From Chiloscyllium plagiosum (lineage: Eukaryota): a stretch of DNA of 64,000 nt. The stretch lies in NCBI RefSeq assembly GCF_004010195.1, contig NC_057751.1:12602908-12666907 (forward strand). Direction: 5' to 3'. The position numbers and the translations under genes were made by a program. Within the stretch, counting starts at the first letter, position 1. Every line of letters begins with the position of its first letter. This document shows positions 13,146 to 25,719 of the stretch, one piece after another. The notes below the pieces were generated by a model. That model ran no database searches and had not been told where the DNA came from. It saw only the letters and a program-made list of their open reading frames with translations.

Positions 13146-13821
13146 TGTTGTGAAGATGTCGGTGAACTATCCCTTTTAAGAAAGTTAAAAGCTAGCAGTG
13201 ACCACAACAAGTGTTCTCAATAAGACACAATATAATGTGCTGTACTGACTGGAGTAGCTGGTTGCCTGGAAATGACAAAAAAAAATGCCCTGAAAAAATA
13301 CCAATTTCCAATCAAGTTTGAACAGAGAATATTGACAATCATCATAAAAGCCGATGACATAATTCGATGCCATGGGGTATAAGACCGTGGAAAAATTGAA
13401 CAGTTGGGAGGAGAACTGCTAAGTCTCAGCGGGTAAAAAACTGCCTGAAAAATAGCTCCTTTAAAAAGTACTTTTCAGTCACTAACCTGTGAAGCAGAAT
13501 CCCTAAGAAGAAAAGAAGACACAGGAAGATCCAAATAGAACTAAAAGCTGTCTGGTTTTGAGATGTCTTGTTTTGTAAATCTTAATTGGGAGTTTTATCG
13601 GATTAATATTACAGAAAGAAAGGTAAAAGATAGGTTAGAGTAAGGACTTGTGTGTAGTTGCTAGTTGATTATTCTTTGTTATACTTTAAGAAATAAAGTT
13701 GCTAATTTTTACTTTAAATAGTTCTTGACCACTTGAATTTTTACACATTACTGCACGGGATAAATCTTTTCTGTGTTGCTGGTTTTAAATTAAGCAGCAG
13801 AGTTTACCTCATGTTGTAACA
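13146..13821 (+). mobile_element. Probable solo LTR
   Basis: TGTTG...TAACA termini, flanks AATTC/ATTTC (imperfect TSD), internal TATAA near 13378 and AATAAA at 13692-13697. Confidence 0.55.
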
Positions 13822-15994
13822 ATTTCAATCGTGTCAAATTCACTTCATATTGCACTGGAGTGTTAGTTTTAGTTTATATGCTGAAGGTTGGTCATGGGGT
13901 TTGAGCCTGCAGCCTCTGGCTCAGACAGTAGTGTACTTTAATTGTTTTGGTATTCGTGAAACAGCATTTTGATCTTTTTCCCACTTTATAATGTGGTGTT
14001 CTCACTGAGGTACCTACACAATAGAAACGTCATCTCCGACAAGATAGCAGCTGCTGGCAGAAGCAAAGTTACAGGTTGTCTCACCTTTTAGACAGGGTGG
14101 CCAGGAGGAAATGAAATTGGTTCAAATTTGTAGGAATGGAAGCAATGAGAAATGGTTTAAACATATTCACAAAGATGAACTAGTTGTGATCAAGTTCGGA
14201 GGAGGATTCCGTCGCTTGTGTTAACCACTGCTTTAAACTGCAACATGTCATCTCTTTCAGAGATGATAACTTATAGAAGCTGCCCGTTTGCACTTCCACA
14301 CGGTTTTGGGTGTTCAGGATGTTCCTGAAAGTGTTTTTTTACGAGGTTTCTTCACTTCTTTGCAATGTGATCAGCCTGGTTGCATTCATGAAAAGAAAAC
14401 ACCATGATTTCCCCCACTGAGGTATTGCAACAGATACAAGGTAATGTGCAAATGTAAGCAGATCATTCCTTCCCTGTTTAGCATTTCGTGGGAGCTGTTC
14501 CTTCTGCAGCACCCTAATCTATTCCTTAATTGCACCCAATACTTGTATTGTGAGCCTTCAGTGCAGCCGTACAGAAATACAGATGAATTACTATCACCTG
14601 TAAGAACAGTTTAGGTCCCTGGATGATGGCAGGGTAGAGGTCACAATGGTGGGCGTTGTATTTCTAGTGCACACCATCAGAGGATAGGTACTTTCCTCCG
14701 TGTTCAGAAGGTGAAATGCAGGTCGTGTGAATACATTGCCATTCACCTCAGTTCAGTCTGCTGGTATGACCTTGAACTTTTGGTTACTCGCAATTTTAAT
14801 TAGCCACCCAACACACTTCCTCCTTCTATGTTCCTTGTTTAAACCAAACTTGATGTATTCTTGAGCGAGACTTCATCTCATTATGGAACACTTGAAAATT
14901 GCAAATTCATTTTACAGTTCAAGTTACAGCTTGTAACCTCTGTTTTCGGGTTTCTATGAATTGCAGCTGTGTATGATTCAGCTATGCCTGTTTACATTTC
15001 CCAGACCCATCTTTTGTTTCTTTACTCGTCCCATAATCAAATCCCTTTGTGTTGAAACCTCAGCCCTGTTGTCACGTAATGTCCTGGCATCAATCATGGA
15101 CGTTTGCTTTATTGCTTTGAACCTCAACCCCTTTGCCTGGCTCTGAAATTTCTGAAAAAACATCAGTTCCTTTTTGCATAGATGCTGCCTGATCCCCTGT
15201 ATATTCAATTGTTCTGTGGCTGTTCCAGAATTGTGCACCTCTGCCACTATATGAAACTGTCAAATGAGGAACCTTTTATGATGGTAGGCCTTCCTTCCAG
15301 TGTTGAGAGCAGAAAGTACTGCTACTGGGCCTAAATGTTCTATCTTTTGAAAATAAAATCTAGGAAAGAAATATTTGCCTTGGCTTGGGCTCTTGGGATG
15401 TTGAATTTGGCAAAAGCAACATGTGGTGAAGCTGTGCAGATGAGAAGGCCCCAGGCTTGATTCTTATCTGAACTCAATCAGAGGCAACAAATGGGATGGG
15501 ATAGTCAGGAGTTGAAAGTACGCCAAGGATGTGATTCCTGATCACTAGCCAGTGACCATGCTGAAAAAGCCAGGGGTGGGGAGCCATCATCTGTGAGCTC
15601 TCTTCCTCCCTCCCCCTTCAATCTCTTCATGTTCCAATAGCTAGCTAACACATTGCTTTTGTTACCAGAGGCCACATCTGGGATTGGACCCCATCATCCT
15701 TGGGTGTGTTATTGGCAAGAAGAAAAAGGAATTGACTGGAAGGCTTCTAGTTTTGGTCTGTTGTTCTCATGCTAACTTTGTGCAACTGTGATAATGTGAA
15801 TGTTTCATCAGAACATATTTTGTAATAACTTTCTTGTAACTGCACCCAACAATCCTGTCAAAACTGCATTGTTGTTTAATTGGCTGCACAAGCCAGAATG
15901 AGGTCACTTTAAGCCTGCTTTCTTCCATGAATTCTTTTAGCCTTTTAGAGTGGTAATTTATCTGGCCAAACATCTTCTCAGTTTTATATTTCCA

Positions 15995-16300
15995 AGAGGA
16001 GGTGATGGTCACGCAACTATTAATGCAGAGATCCAGGTCATGTTCTGGGAATGTGGGTTCAAATCCTGCATCGGCAAATGTTGGAATTTCTGTAATTGAG
16101 AGTCTCACGATGACCACGAAACTGATGGCGATTGTTGAAAATGTCCATCTGGTTCTTTGTCCTTTAAGGAAGGACATCTGCTGTTCTTAATTGTCTGGCC
16201 GATGCATCACTCCAATATGGTTGATTCTGAACTGTCCTCTGGGGAATTAGGGTTCGGCAATAAATGGTTGCCCACATCCCATGGATGATTAAAAATAAAG
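15995..16300 (+). mobile_element. tRNA-headed SINE (second family)
   Basis: B-box-like GGGTTCAAATCC and a tail GGCAATAAATGG..CCCACATCCCATG followed by an A-rich end. The same tail appears on the LINE end at 59127-59235. Confidence 0.7.
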
Positions 16301-18390
16301 TCTGAAATGTAGGCAACCAATTGTCCTGTTTAAAAAAAAAATCATGAGTCCATGTACATTGACAATAGAATGTTTTACTTTACCTATCTGGTCAAATTGG
16401 GTTACCAATAGTATTTTTCCATGAGTCACCATGTACCTCATTCCCTTCATTGCTCTGCTGTGGAGTGTTCTCTCTTCCTGTGCCTACATTCCAGGCAGCT
16501 CTCTGGGGTGGTATTTTAACCAAATGGCCAAAGGTCAAATACCAAGTGTTGGAGAGGCTTAACAATTGCTTGTCAGTTATCAGTTAATCTGATAATGTTA
16601 AGTTTAGCAGCAAAATCTGATTAACATGTGTTTTCTCTTTGTTTTTCGATTGGCCGCCAGTCGGATTGGTTAGATGCCTGGGAGTGTCTGTGGCACCAAG
16701 CCAAAGATTGTGGCTCCAAGGTACCAGGCTTGATGTCTGGAAGATTGCAAGGGTCACTTTGGTGGGAAATCTGTAACTTGGTGTGTCGTCATTTTGTTCT
16801 GGAGTTGGGGCATGGGAAGGATAGGGAGCATAGCAGGTCACTAATTCACCTGCCAAAGGGAGAATTCTCCATTTGGAATCATCACTTTCCTTCGCTTAGG
16901 CAAGTGGTCTACTAATTCATGTCATGACAGAATTGCTCTGAATCTGACTTCTGTTACAACTCAAAGTGTGAGGTTAGGGTTGAATTTAAAATCTAAGGAT
17001 TTTTGAAATCTCACTTGACCCGAAATTACCTGTGCTTTCTGCTCTTCCACCCTCAAATGTCAGCAACTGATTGCATTGTAGTTCTTCCTGGTGAGATAAG
17101 TGTTCTGTGCATTTGGCAGTGTAAGAAATGGGCCAAAGAAAGAAGCCTACATCATACCTTTTGAATATGTTTTGTTTAATCTTCATGCATATGTTTGGTG
17201 TTCATTTATTGCTGAAGGGTTAGGTATGAGTAGACAATATGTGACTTGATAGTTTTTCACTGATATCTGAATTGTCATTAAATGGGGTGATTTTGTTGCA
17301 TTCGGATGATTATGTTGGTTTGGGAATCGTCTGCTTTAGATATACTTAGCTCCAGTTTGCCAATGTCTTGTGGCGACCATCTTATAATGTCCACATGATA
17401 TTCTTTTGAAATTATTTGTCCTTTGATTTGAAGATAGTCAACATTATGTTCTGAACCCATGTGACGCAACATTCGTCTTGTTAACAATTCATTTGCAACT
17501 GCATGATCAAACTGTATTCAACTGTGCATTATCTGCTGTACTTTTGATCTGTGTCTGAGAGATTTGTGTTGGATTGTGGTCCCAAGAATGTATGAATCCA
17601 GTGACACTTGGTTAAATGAATTGTTTGTGTCCCTAACTCTTGGAAATATTGATTTCCATGAAATCTTAATCACAGAAGTTTCTACTACTTCAGTTTTGTA
17701 CTTTCTCTTTTACTTTGTTCAGAGATTCATACTTTTAATTGATACCTTTCTAAATTATTGCTTTGAAGAAGATGAGGAACTTTTTGAATAGCTGAGATTC
17801 CTGAAGCTTCATATTCCATTCTTTCAGAAAACATTCTAATTTGAGTAAATTTCACGTACAACACTTTTGCATTCAATGCAGAACTCCCTGTTTAGCCAGC
17901 GTGAGGCAAACATTGCTTCTGGAGGTTGAGCTCAATAGCAAGGAGGTAGCCTCCCTGAAGCTTTTAGTATTTCTATACTGTAAGTGGCCCTAGCGGGTCA
18001 GGTAAAAGGTCAGGAATTATGACTGGATCTGTTAGTGTAAATTTCAGTCTCTTGGTTGCACTGACCTACACCTTCGTGAATTTAAAGCAATAACACAGCT
18101 GACCTTTGATTTTCTGAAGTGCAAGCGATCTCTGCAGAATTTGGAAGTCGGCTTGTGAAACTAACATGTGCTGCCTCTGGGTTCAGTGAACTTCATGCAA
18201 CTGATAGAAAAATTATGGGCTGGAAATATCCCTTTGGTTCTGAGAATTGGTTGGTTTGCACCCTGTGTTCCAATTTCAACTGGATACAAATTTGCCATCG
18301 TGAAGGGAATTTAGCACAGAAGTATCAATGTGATCAAATCAGAAATGGTGCAAAAGTGCATTTGCAAAGAATTTGGTTAAGGTGATTTTG

Positions 18391-18705
18391 GATTAGATTA
18401 CTTACAGTGTGGAAACAGGCCCTTTGGGCCAACAAGTCCACACCGACCCGCCGAAGCGCAACCCACCCAGATCCATTCCCCTACATTTACCCCTGCACCT
18501 AACACTATGGGCAATTTAGCATGGCCAATTCACCTACTTGCACATTTTTGGACTGTGGGAGGAAACCGGAGCACCCGGAGAAAACCCACGCAGACACGGG
18601 GAGAATGTGCAAACTCCACACAGTTAGTCGCCTGAGTCAGGAATTGAACCCGGGTCTCTGGCGCTGTGAGGCAGCAGTGCTAACCACTGTGCCACCGTGC
18701 CGCCC
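18391..18705 (-). mobile_element. HE1-type V-SINE, full length and little diverged
   Basis: Minus strand GGGCGGCACGGTGGCACAGTGGTTAGCACTGCTGCCTCACAGCGCCAGAGACCCGGGTTCAATTCC with CpGs retained; TGATTTTG occurs on both flanks. Confidence 0.95.
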
Positions 18706-19259
18706 ATAATGATTTTGTGGGGCACAAAATGATTTTGTGGGGCACTGCAAACTTGTATTCGTCTCTGGCAAGGCCGCAGTTGTGTGTGCCAATTGCCTGT
18801 GGGAAAAGGGCGTATTCTGGACTTCATGTGGTATTATCAGCTTGTGGACCACAGGAGTTCAGTTCTCTTGCCCTAAATGTCCATTGACTTCAAGTTCCAG
18901 TGGAACCTGCTGATCTTGCGTTGCACTATTATTTTCATAATGTAAGTTGGCAGGACTTGGTCATCATCAAACCCTGGACATAACTGAGTGTTCTGCAAGT
19001 AGCAAAGTTTAGATTTAATCTGCGTACAAAATGTACAAGGATGCAAATATTTCTTTGATGCGATGTATGAGTTTGTGTGGTCGGTTGGGCTGCATTTCAT
19101 AGCAAGTTCAGCCTTCAATGATACCACATCCAAATGCTACAGAGTTCACTCTTGTTGTTAGCCTTTTTCTTGTATGAATTTTGAATAACTCGAGCAACAT
19201 CATCCAACCTAGCCATTTCCTGTTTTCGTTGCGAGGCTATACATGTTGATTACTGTCGA

Positions 19260-19469
19260 TGAATTGGAGGTGTCGCTGTTGGACCGGGTGTACCAAGTTA
19301 AAAATCACCCAACACCAGGTTATAGTTAACAGGTTTATTTGGAAGCACTAGTTTTCGGAGTGCTGCTCCTTCATCAGGTGGATGTGGAGATGAAGGAGCA
19401 GCACTCCGAAAACTAGTGCTTCCAAATAAACCTGTTGGACTGTAATCTGGTGTTGGGTGATTTTCCAAC
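19260..19469. mobile_element. Palindromic Penelope-type insertion (perfect 48-bp stem)
   Basis: 19328-19375 is the exact reverse complement of 19389-19436. Flanks TGATTACTGTCGA (19247-19259) and TGATTACTATTGA (19470-19482). Confidence 0.85.
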
Positions 19470-19710
19470 TGATTACTATTGAGCTAGTCAAAATGTCCAG
19501 CTGACAAACTTGAGGATTGCTGGGAATGTGAATGTCTGTGAGACAAGATGTGTTATTTCTTTGTTTGTGTGATACCTAAAGAATGGTACCTGATTTTGTG
19601 AAAACACTACATCTCTGTTTTGGGGCTTAGTCATATTTTTGAAATGGCTTATTTTTATGGAGTTTACAGTCCTAATCTGTTGTTCCATAATTCTGTTTGC
19701 TGCTTTGTAG

Positions 19711-19836
19711 ACCCACTGCTTGCAAGACCTGAGACAGAACACAGCATTGACATCTAAAGTCTTCATTCAGAGAGACTACTCCAGTGGGACCGTGTGCCAG
19801 TTTCAGACTAAATTCCCTTCGGAGTTGGAGAACAGG
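19711..19836 (+). CDS. GOLGA7: GOLGA7 coding exon 2
   Basis: tgctttgtag|ACC...AAC AGG|gtaagc; 126 nt; translates to [42 protein letters not shown], matching the GOLGA7 [25 protein letters not shown] segment. Confidence 0.97.
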
Positions 19837-20532
19837 GTAAGCTGGAACCATAACTTTGTTTCAAGACACATTGATGTTTCACAATAGGTGCGGGCCACAG
19901 TAAAGCCCATAGCTTTTATTGTCTTATTTCTTGATCACTACTCTCCCATGAAATTTCTGTTATCTCTTTTGTTTCTATTGTGTTATGTCTTGTACCTTCC
20001 TTTTGTTCCTGTCATCTTGTGCTATAAATCTGTTTTAGCTTGGTTTTTGGAGAAAGTTATGCCGAAATAATGTTCTCATTCATGAATCTGTCTTTACTGG
20101 AACCCAAAACTTTTTCCATGGTGACTATTTTATATTCATCATGCTCTCTTGATGGTAAGCATTTTCCCCCTCTGCCTACTGTATGCAAAGGCTGTAAACC
20201 ATTCTACTTGTATTTAGAAGAAAGGTAGTTGAAAGAATGTACTAAAATAGAGGTTGCAAAAACTGTAGGTATTTCAATCTGGGAGATGGTGTGTCCTGTG
20301 TGGTGCCAAATATTGTTGTTTTACTCTATAAAGACAATTAAACCAATAGGTTTGGTATGCAGTTGAAATGTGCTGTAGTATGACTTTGACTACTGAATGA
20401 AAAACTGGTCATGTATTTTGCAGGAAAAATTAATTTCCTGTGGACTAACCGTGCTGCTTTAATGACAGAACTAAATCATGTCCATGCACTGGAAGAGGGA
20501 GGCTAGCAAAACCTGGCAGAGATACATCTATG

Positions 20533-20618
20533 CTGAAAATGTGTTGCTGGAAAAGCGCAGCAGGTCAGGCAGCATCCAGGGAACAGGAGAATCGACGTTT
20601 CAGGCATAAGCCCTTCCT
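20533..20618 (-). mobile_element. 86-bp single-arm Penelope-type insertion with perfect 16-bp TSD
   Basis: CAGAGATACATCTATG at 20517-20532 and 20619-20634; the insert corresponds to one arm of the 60346-60566 element. Confidence 0.9.
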
Positions 20619-21787
20619 CAGAGATACATCTATGTCACAGCTGAGGATTGTAGTTAGCAGTAGTGTTTGCACTGTCCCACTCATCTCCACAGTTTGTATC
20701 TTGGTTAATTGTAAGAATAGAAATTGCTGGAAATACTTAACAGGTTGAGCAGCATCTACTGAGAAAAAAACGATAGCATTTCGGTGTGTGAAGTTTTGTC
20801 AGAATTCCTGCTGAGTTTCATGTTTTCAGTTCCAATTTTGTATTTGCCTTTTTCTTCATTCAGATGTTTCACTTGTGTGGAAACAGGAATATTTTTCGTA
20901 GCTGCATGAAATACTATTTGGGGAAACTGATCCCTCTCTGGGTAGGATCATTCTTAGCAAACCTTGCTTTCTGTTAATAGTAAAACCAAATGGCAATATT
21001 TGGTGCTGTTTCCTTCTGCCAGCTCCTAAACATAATAGTTACGCCACAAAGTACAATTTAGACAATTCCAGGCTCTCATATACTCACTCTTTAGTTCCCA
21101 CAGGCTACAGAGGTGAGTGTGGACACAGTAGGTTCAGGATAGCTCTCAACTCTTAGCACAGTCTCACTATAGCAAACTGAATGGATAATTTAGGAAGTAG
21201 TGGGGGGAAAATTTAGAATGAATAGTGCTTGTTCAGGGTCAATATTTTTGGTTCAGGGTCATCAGTGCCTTGGTTCCCTGTGTTTATAATGCTGAATTGA
21301 TTTTTCTATTCTGCTTTATAAGGTCTGACACTGGATGGTGAAATCTGCTTTGATAATATTGACAGAATGAGCTGGCATATTAGTACCAATTAGTGTGCTA
21401 GTGGTGCTTTCTATGGCTGCCTCACTTGGTTCTCTGGTCACAGATGTGGGGCTAGTTGTGAGTCTGCAATGTGAGCTTTTTCCCAAATGCTGGTAATCAT
21501 GTACTCTTGTAGAAGTGAGAATTACATGCGCGCACACACAATGCTTCCTGTATCATATAAAAATCGGCTGTACTTGGGTGATTTTTCCTGATTATTTTCT
21601 TCGTGATGGATTTGGCAATAAGGGTTTTGGTTCTGGTTTTACTTGGGAGGTAAATTCTGAGAGGGAAGCCTGTGAAACTCCACTTCATCTGCATCAGTTC
21701 CCAGCCTGTTACGGAGCAGAGCTTGAATAAAAGTTGCCTTTATCATATTGCGTGTGATCTTTCATGTAAACACTGTCATCTCCACAG

Positions 21788-21940
21788 ATTGATCGGCAGC
21801 AATTTGAAGAAACCATCAGGGTACTAAACAACCTTTATGCAGAGGCTGAGAAGGTTGGCGGACAGTCCTATGTGGAGGGCTGTTTGGCATGCTTGACTGC
21901 GTACACCATTTTCTTGTGCATGGAGACACATTACGAGAAG
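21788..21940 (+). CDS. GOLGA7: GOLGA7 coding exon 3
   Basis: tccacag|ATT...GAG AAG|gtgagt; 153 nt; [51 protein letters not shown]. Includes the CLAC cysteines (C77/C80 here, equivalent to the palmitoylated human C69/C72). Confidence 0.98.
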
Positions 21941-22199
21941 GTGAGTAGATTTTCTGCACAGCTCCACAAAACGATAAGACTGCTTCCAGCAAATTACAGT
22001 ACTTTATTACTCCAATTTATATGGCACTAATGGAGTTGTAATCCAGAACCTTTTTTTTTACACTCCAGCATCCAATAATGGTTGTAGTACGTACTGGAAA
22101 TGTCAGTGATCCTTAAAATGTTGGATGCAATGATGGATACTGGAAAGAGAGGCAAACAATCTCAAAGACTTGAATTCTCTCATATTTGATCCAGTTATA

Positions 22200-22860
22200 A
22201 GGTTTGATTTGATGTATTATTGTCGCATGTACGAAGAGATAGTGTAAAGTATTGTTTTGTGTGCTGACCAGACGAGTTGTACTGTACAGGGTTAAACAAT
22301 AGAATGTGGAATATAGTGTTAACAGCTGCGGAGGAAGTGCAGCGAAAGATGAACTCCAATAGAGGAGAGATCCATTCTTAAGTCTATTAAGTGTGGAAGA
22401 GGTGTTCAGACTTTTCTATGTTCTGCTCAGTGGAAGAGAGTTTAACTGGTGTACGAGTGGTGTTCTTCTTTACTGAGGCAGTGGAAAGTGTAGACACAGA
22501 CAGTGGAAGGAAGGTTAGTTTGCATGATGAATTGGGCAGCAAATATAAATCTAATTTCTTGCGACCATGTGCAGAGCAGTTATCATATCAAGCTGCAATG
22601 CATCTTGATGGTAAAAAATGGTAAGAGTCCTGGGTCAGGATAGATGGTTTGTGAAATTAACTCATTGGAACTTGAAGCTCTTGACCACCTCCACCTCAAC
22701 ATCATCTATACAGACAGGGGCATGTCCTCCACTCTGCTTCCTGTAGTCGATGACCAGCTCCTTAGTTTTCCTAACATTGAGGTAGAGATTGGTGTCTTGT
22801 CAAAATGCTACTAAGCCATCTTTCTCTTTCGTGTACTCTGTCTCATCATTGTTTGAAATA
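22200..22860 (-). mobile_element. Rex1/Babar-type LINE 3' fragment
   Basis: Minus strand encodes NLYLNVRKTKELVIDYRKQSGGHAPVCIDDVEVEVVKSFKF, typical of the Rex1 RT C-terminus. Confidence 0.8.
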
Positions 22861-24059
22861 TAATTGCATGTGTTCTTGATGTCATGGATTGTATTTTTAA
22901 TTTATTCAGTATATTCATCAAAATATTTTAATTCTGCACTTGAAAATATTTAGGTTGCATTGTGCATGTATCAAGTCCACTTGCCACATGGCATTGATTG
23001 TAGAGGTTGTAAGGTCAGATGATAAGATATGTATCATGCCTGGAATGCAGAATGACCAGTATTTTTTAAATGATTGAATAAGCAGCTTATCAAAGCAGTG
23101 TTCCTGTCAGAAAACTGCTCTATCAGGTCTACATTTTTTCAAAACCTACTGTTTACACGAGAGGCGGTTGTGTAATATTACCACCTTATCATTAATTGGG
23201 TTGACTGAAAACTGGGTCACTTCCAACTTGTGTTTTTCAAAATAAATTTGATAAGGTGTAAGTATATGTTGAATTTATTTGCACTTATGAAAAGAGAACA
23301 AAAAATAGAGATTACATTTGGTTGCAGACCAAAACAATAGCTAGTCTGATCGCTGCAGATTCTGCCTAATCTGCTGCAGGTTTTCTCTCCTTGCAATATA
23401 GTTCTAGTGTTTGTGTTTTCTACCATCTGTTGTTCACAGACCCTTCTGGTTGTGCTCCAGGACAGTGGCTTGTTTGTTGTGTTAACTTCACATGGTGTGG
23501 ATCAGCGGTATTAAAATAGCTGGATGGGCAAGCTGTTTAAGAACTTCTGGGCACGCTTTGTTGCATCAGTTTGTTGGATGGTCTGTGACTGTGGTCAGGG
23601 CCTTGAACAAAGCCTTTGCATGCAGTTTTCAAGTGCGTTCAGTGGTTGAAATATTCTATTCTTGTATGTGAAACCGGCTCACATTCTAGTGCTCAAAAAA
23701 AACCCTCTTGTCCCTCAGTTTACTGGTTATCATGCAAGTTTTTTTTCCCACAGAAAATGTAACGTTAGTTACTGAAGAATTTCTTTTTATAATGGGAAAT
23801 CTATGGAAATTGTGTTTTTCTAAAATTTCTGGTTCATTATATATTTCTGGTTCATCAAATAAGTTTTCCACTGTTGGAAAATTATTGGGAACGCTGCAGC
23901 TCTTGACTGATGGTACTCATCTCTATTATGTGAAATGATATGCAGGATCTTAATAGGAGATGCAGATTCCCTTTATCAGCTGGTGAGTGTGTACAGGGCA
24001 TAATCTTCTAAGAGAATATTGCAAATTGATTTTGAAAAATGGTCCAGCTTCTACCATTT

Positions 24060-24385
24060 TAAAGGTGGTTCAGTGGTTAGCGCTGCTGCTTCATAGCGCC
24101 AGGGAGCCAGGTTTGGTTTCACCTTTAGGTGACTGTCTGTGTGAAGTTTGCATTTTCTCCCTGTGTCTGCGTGGATTTCCTTCCACAGTACAAAGATGTG
24201 CAGTTAGGTGGATTGGACATGCTAAATTGTCAATAGTGTCCAGGAATATGCAGGTGAGGTAGATTAGCAATGGGAAGTACAGGGTTACAGGGATGGGTGT
24301 GGGTCTGGGTGGGATGCGTATCGGAGGGTTGGTGAGGACATGATGGACCGATTGGCCTGCTTTCACACCAGGGTTTCTACAATTT
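24060..24385 (+). mobile_element. HE1-type V-SINE (diverged)
   Basis: GGTGGTTCAGTGGTTAGCGCTGCTGCTTCATAGCGCCAGG head and V-domain GATGTGCAGTTAGGTGGATTGG. Confidence 0.9.
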
Positions 24386-25055
24386 TACTTCACTTTTTTG
24401 ACTCATCTAGGATATGGAGGAGAGTTGAAAGAAATTGATACTGTTGCTTTTCTATCATTTGCTGTCCATAACTTCGTCATCAGTGAAGAGATAATAAACT
24501 TTAAACGTTTGCTGTGAATGCTTGGTCCATTAGCCCCACCTTTGTATCCATCATGTCTAAAATAAATGGGTTAAATTAGTTGATTTGTGTAGTCCTTTAT
24601 ATTTTGTGTTTGATGATTAGAACTGGACCACAAAAGAAAATCATTATTTTTTTTGAGCAAATGACCGGACAGAGAATGTGCGACAGGATTTGTATTAAGC
24701 AGTTTTCTTTCTTCCTTCACCTGATGCTGGCCTCTGCTGAGAACCCAATTCTAATTTTTGTATTTTCCCAATCCTGAACAATTTGAGAGAACATCACTCC
24801 TGATTGTTTTAGTCTTTAGTTCCCAATGCTTTTGCTATTGCCTTCTCAAGGGACTTGAAGATGAGCAACAGTTACTATCTTGACAGCGAAACCCACATTT
24901 CATGAAAGAATTTAAAAAAATGTAAGTAGTTGCAGTTGTGTTGCATGGTCACTTTTGTTTGGTCATTCATTATGCTTACAGAGATCTATGTCCAGAATTG
25001 ATTTATTCACATAGGCCCTGTAATATGTTATCACCACTTTCGATTTTGACTGCAG

Positions 25056-25157
25056 GTGTTGAAAAAGATTGCCAAATACATCCAGGAACAGAATGAGAAG
25101 ACTTATGCTCCACGAGGCCTCGTTATAGTCGATCCAATTGAAAGAGGATTGAGAGTT
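25056..25157 (+). CDS. GOLGA7: GOLGA7 coding exon 4
   Basis: gactgcag|GTG...AGA GTT|gtatcctttt; 102 nt; [34 protein letters not shown]. Confidence 0.97.
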
Positions 25158-25719
25158 GTATCCTTTTTGCTTTCTCTGGTTTTGCATCTCCTGTTTTTCA
25201 ATCCATCTTCTTAGCTGCTTTGCATGCTGCCCATCTTCTTCACGTAGCCATATATGAAGAGACTTCAAGACTTTATAATATTTTTGTGGAGGTGTTGGAC
25301 TGGAGTGGGCAAAGTTAAAAATCTCCCAACACTAGGTTATAGTTCATCAGGTTTATTTGGAAGTACCAGCTTTTGGAGCGCTGTTCCTTCTTCAGCTAGC
25401 TGTGGAACAGAATGATAAGACAGAATTTAAAGCAAAAGATCAGTGTCACGCAACGGATATGATATATTGAACAAACCTAGATTGCTGCTAAGTCTCCCAT
25501 CTTTAGAATGGGTTCCAGGTTTCAGTTCATTATTATGTAAATCCCAGAACTACTTTTAAGTCATATTCTCAAGATAACTTAAGGTTTTATAAAAAATAAA
25601 AGTGACCTCTCAGCTCAGACAATGCATCAAAGACATGAGGTTAGGGTCTGTCTGTATCTCAATGTTGAGTCGGACTGGTTCTATTTCTAAAGTAGGAATT
25701 TATAAAATGTTACATGGAT

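Noticed and set aside
18630..18705. tRNA-like A/B boxes (also near 41096, 24060 and 57549)
   Set aside because: These are tRNA-derived SINE heads continuing into SINE bodies, not tRNA genes.
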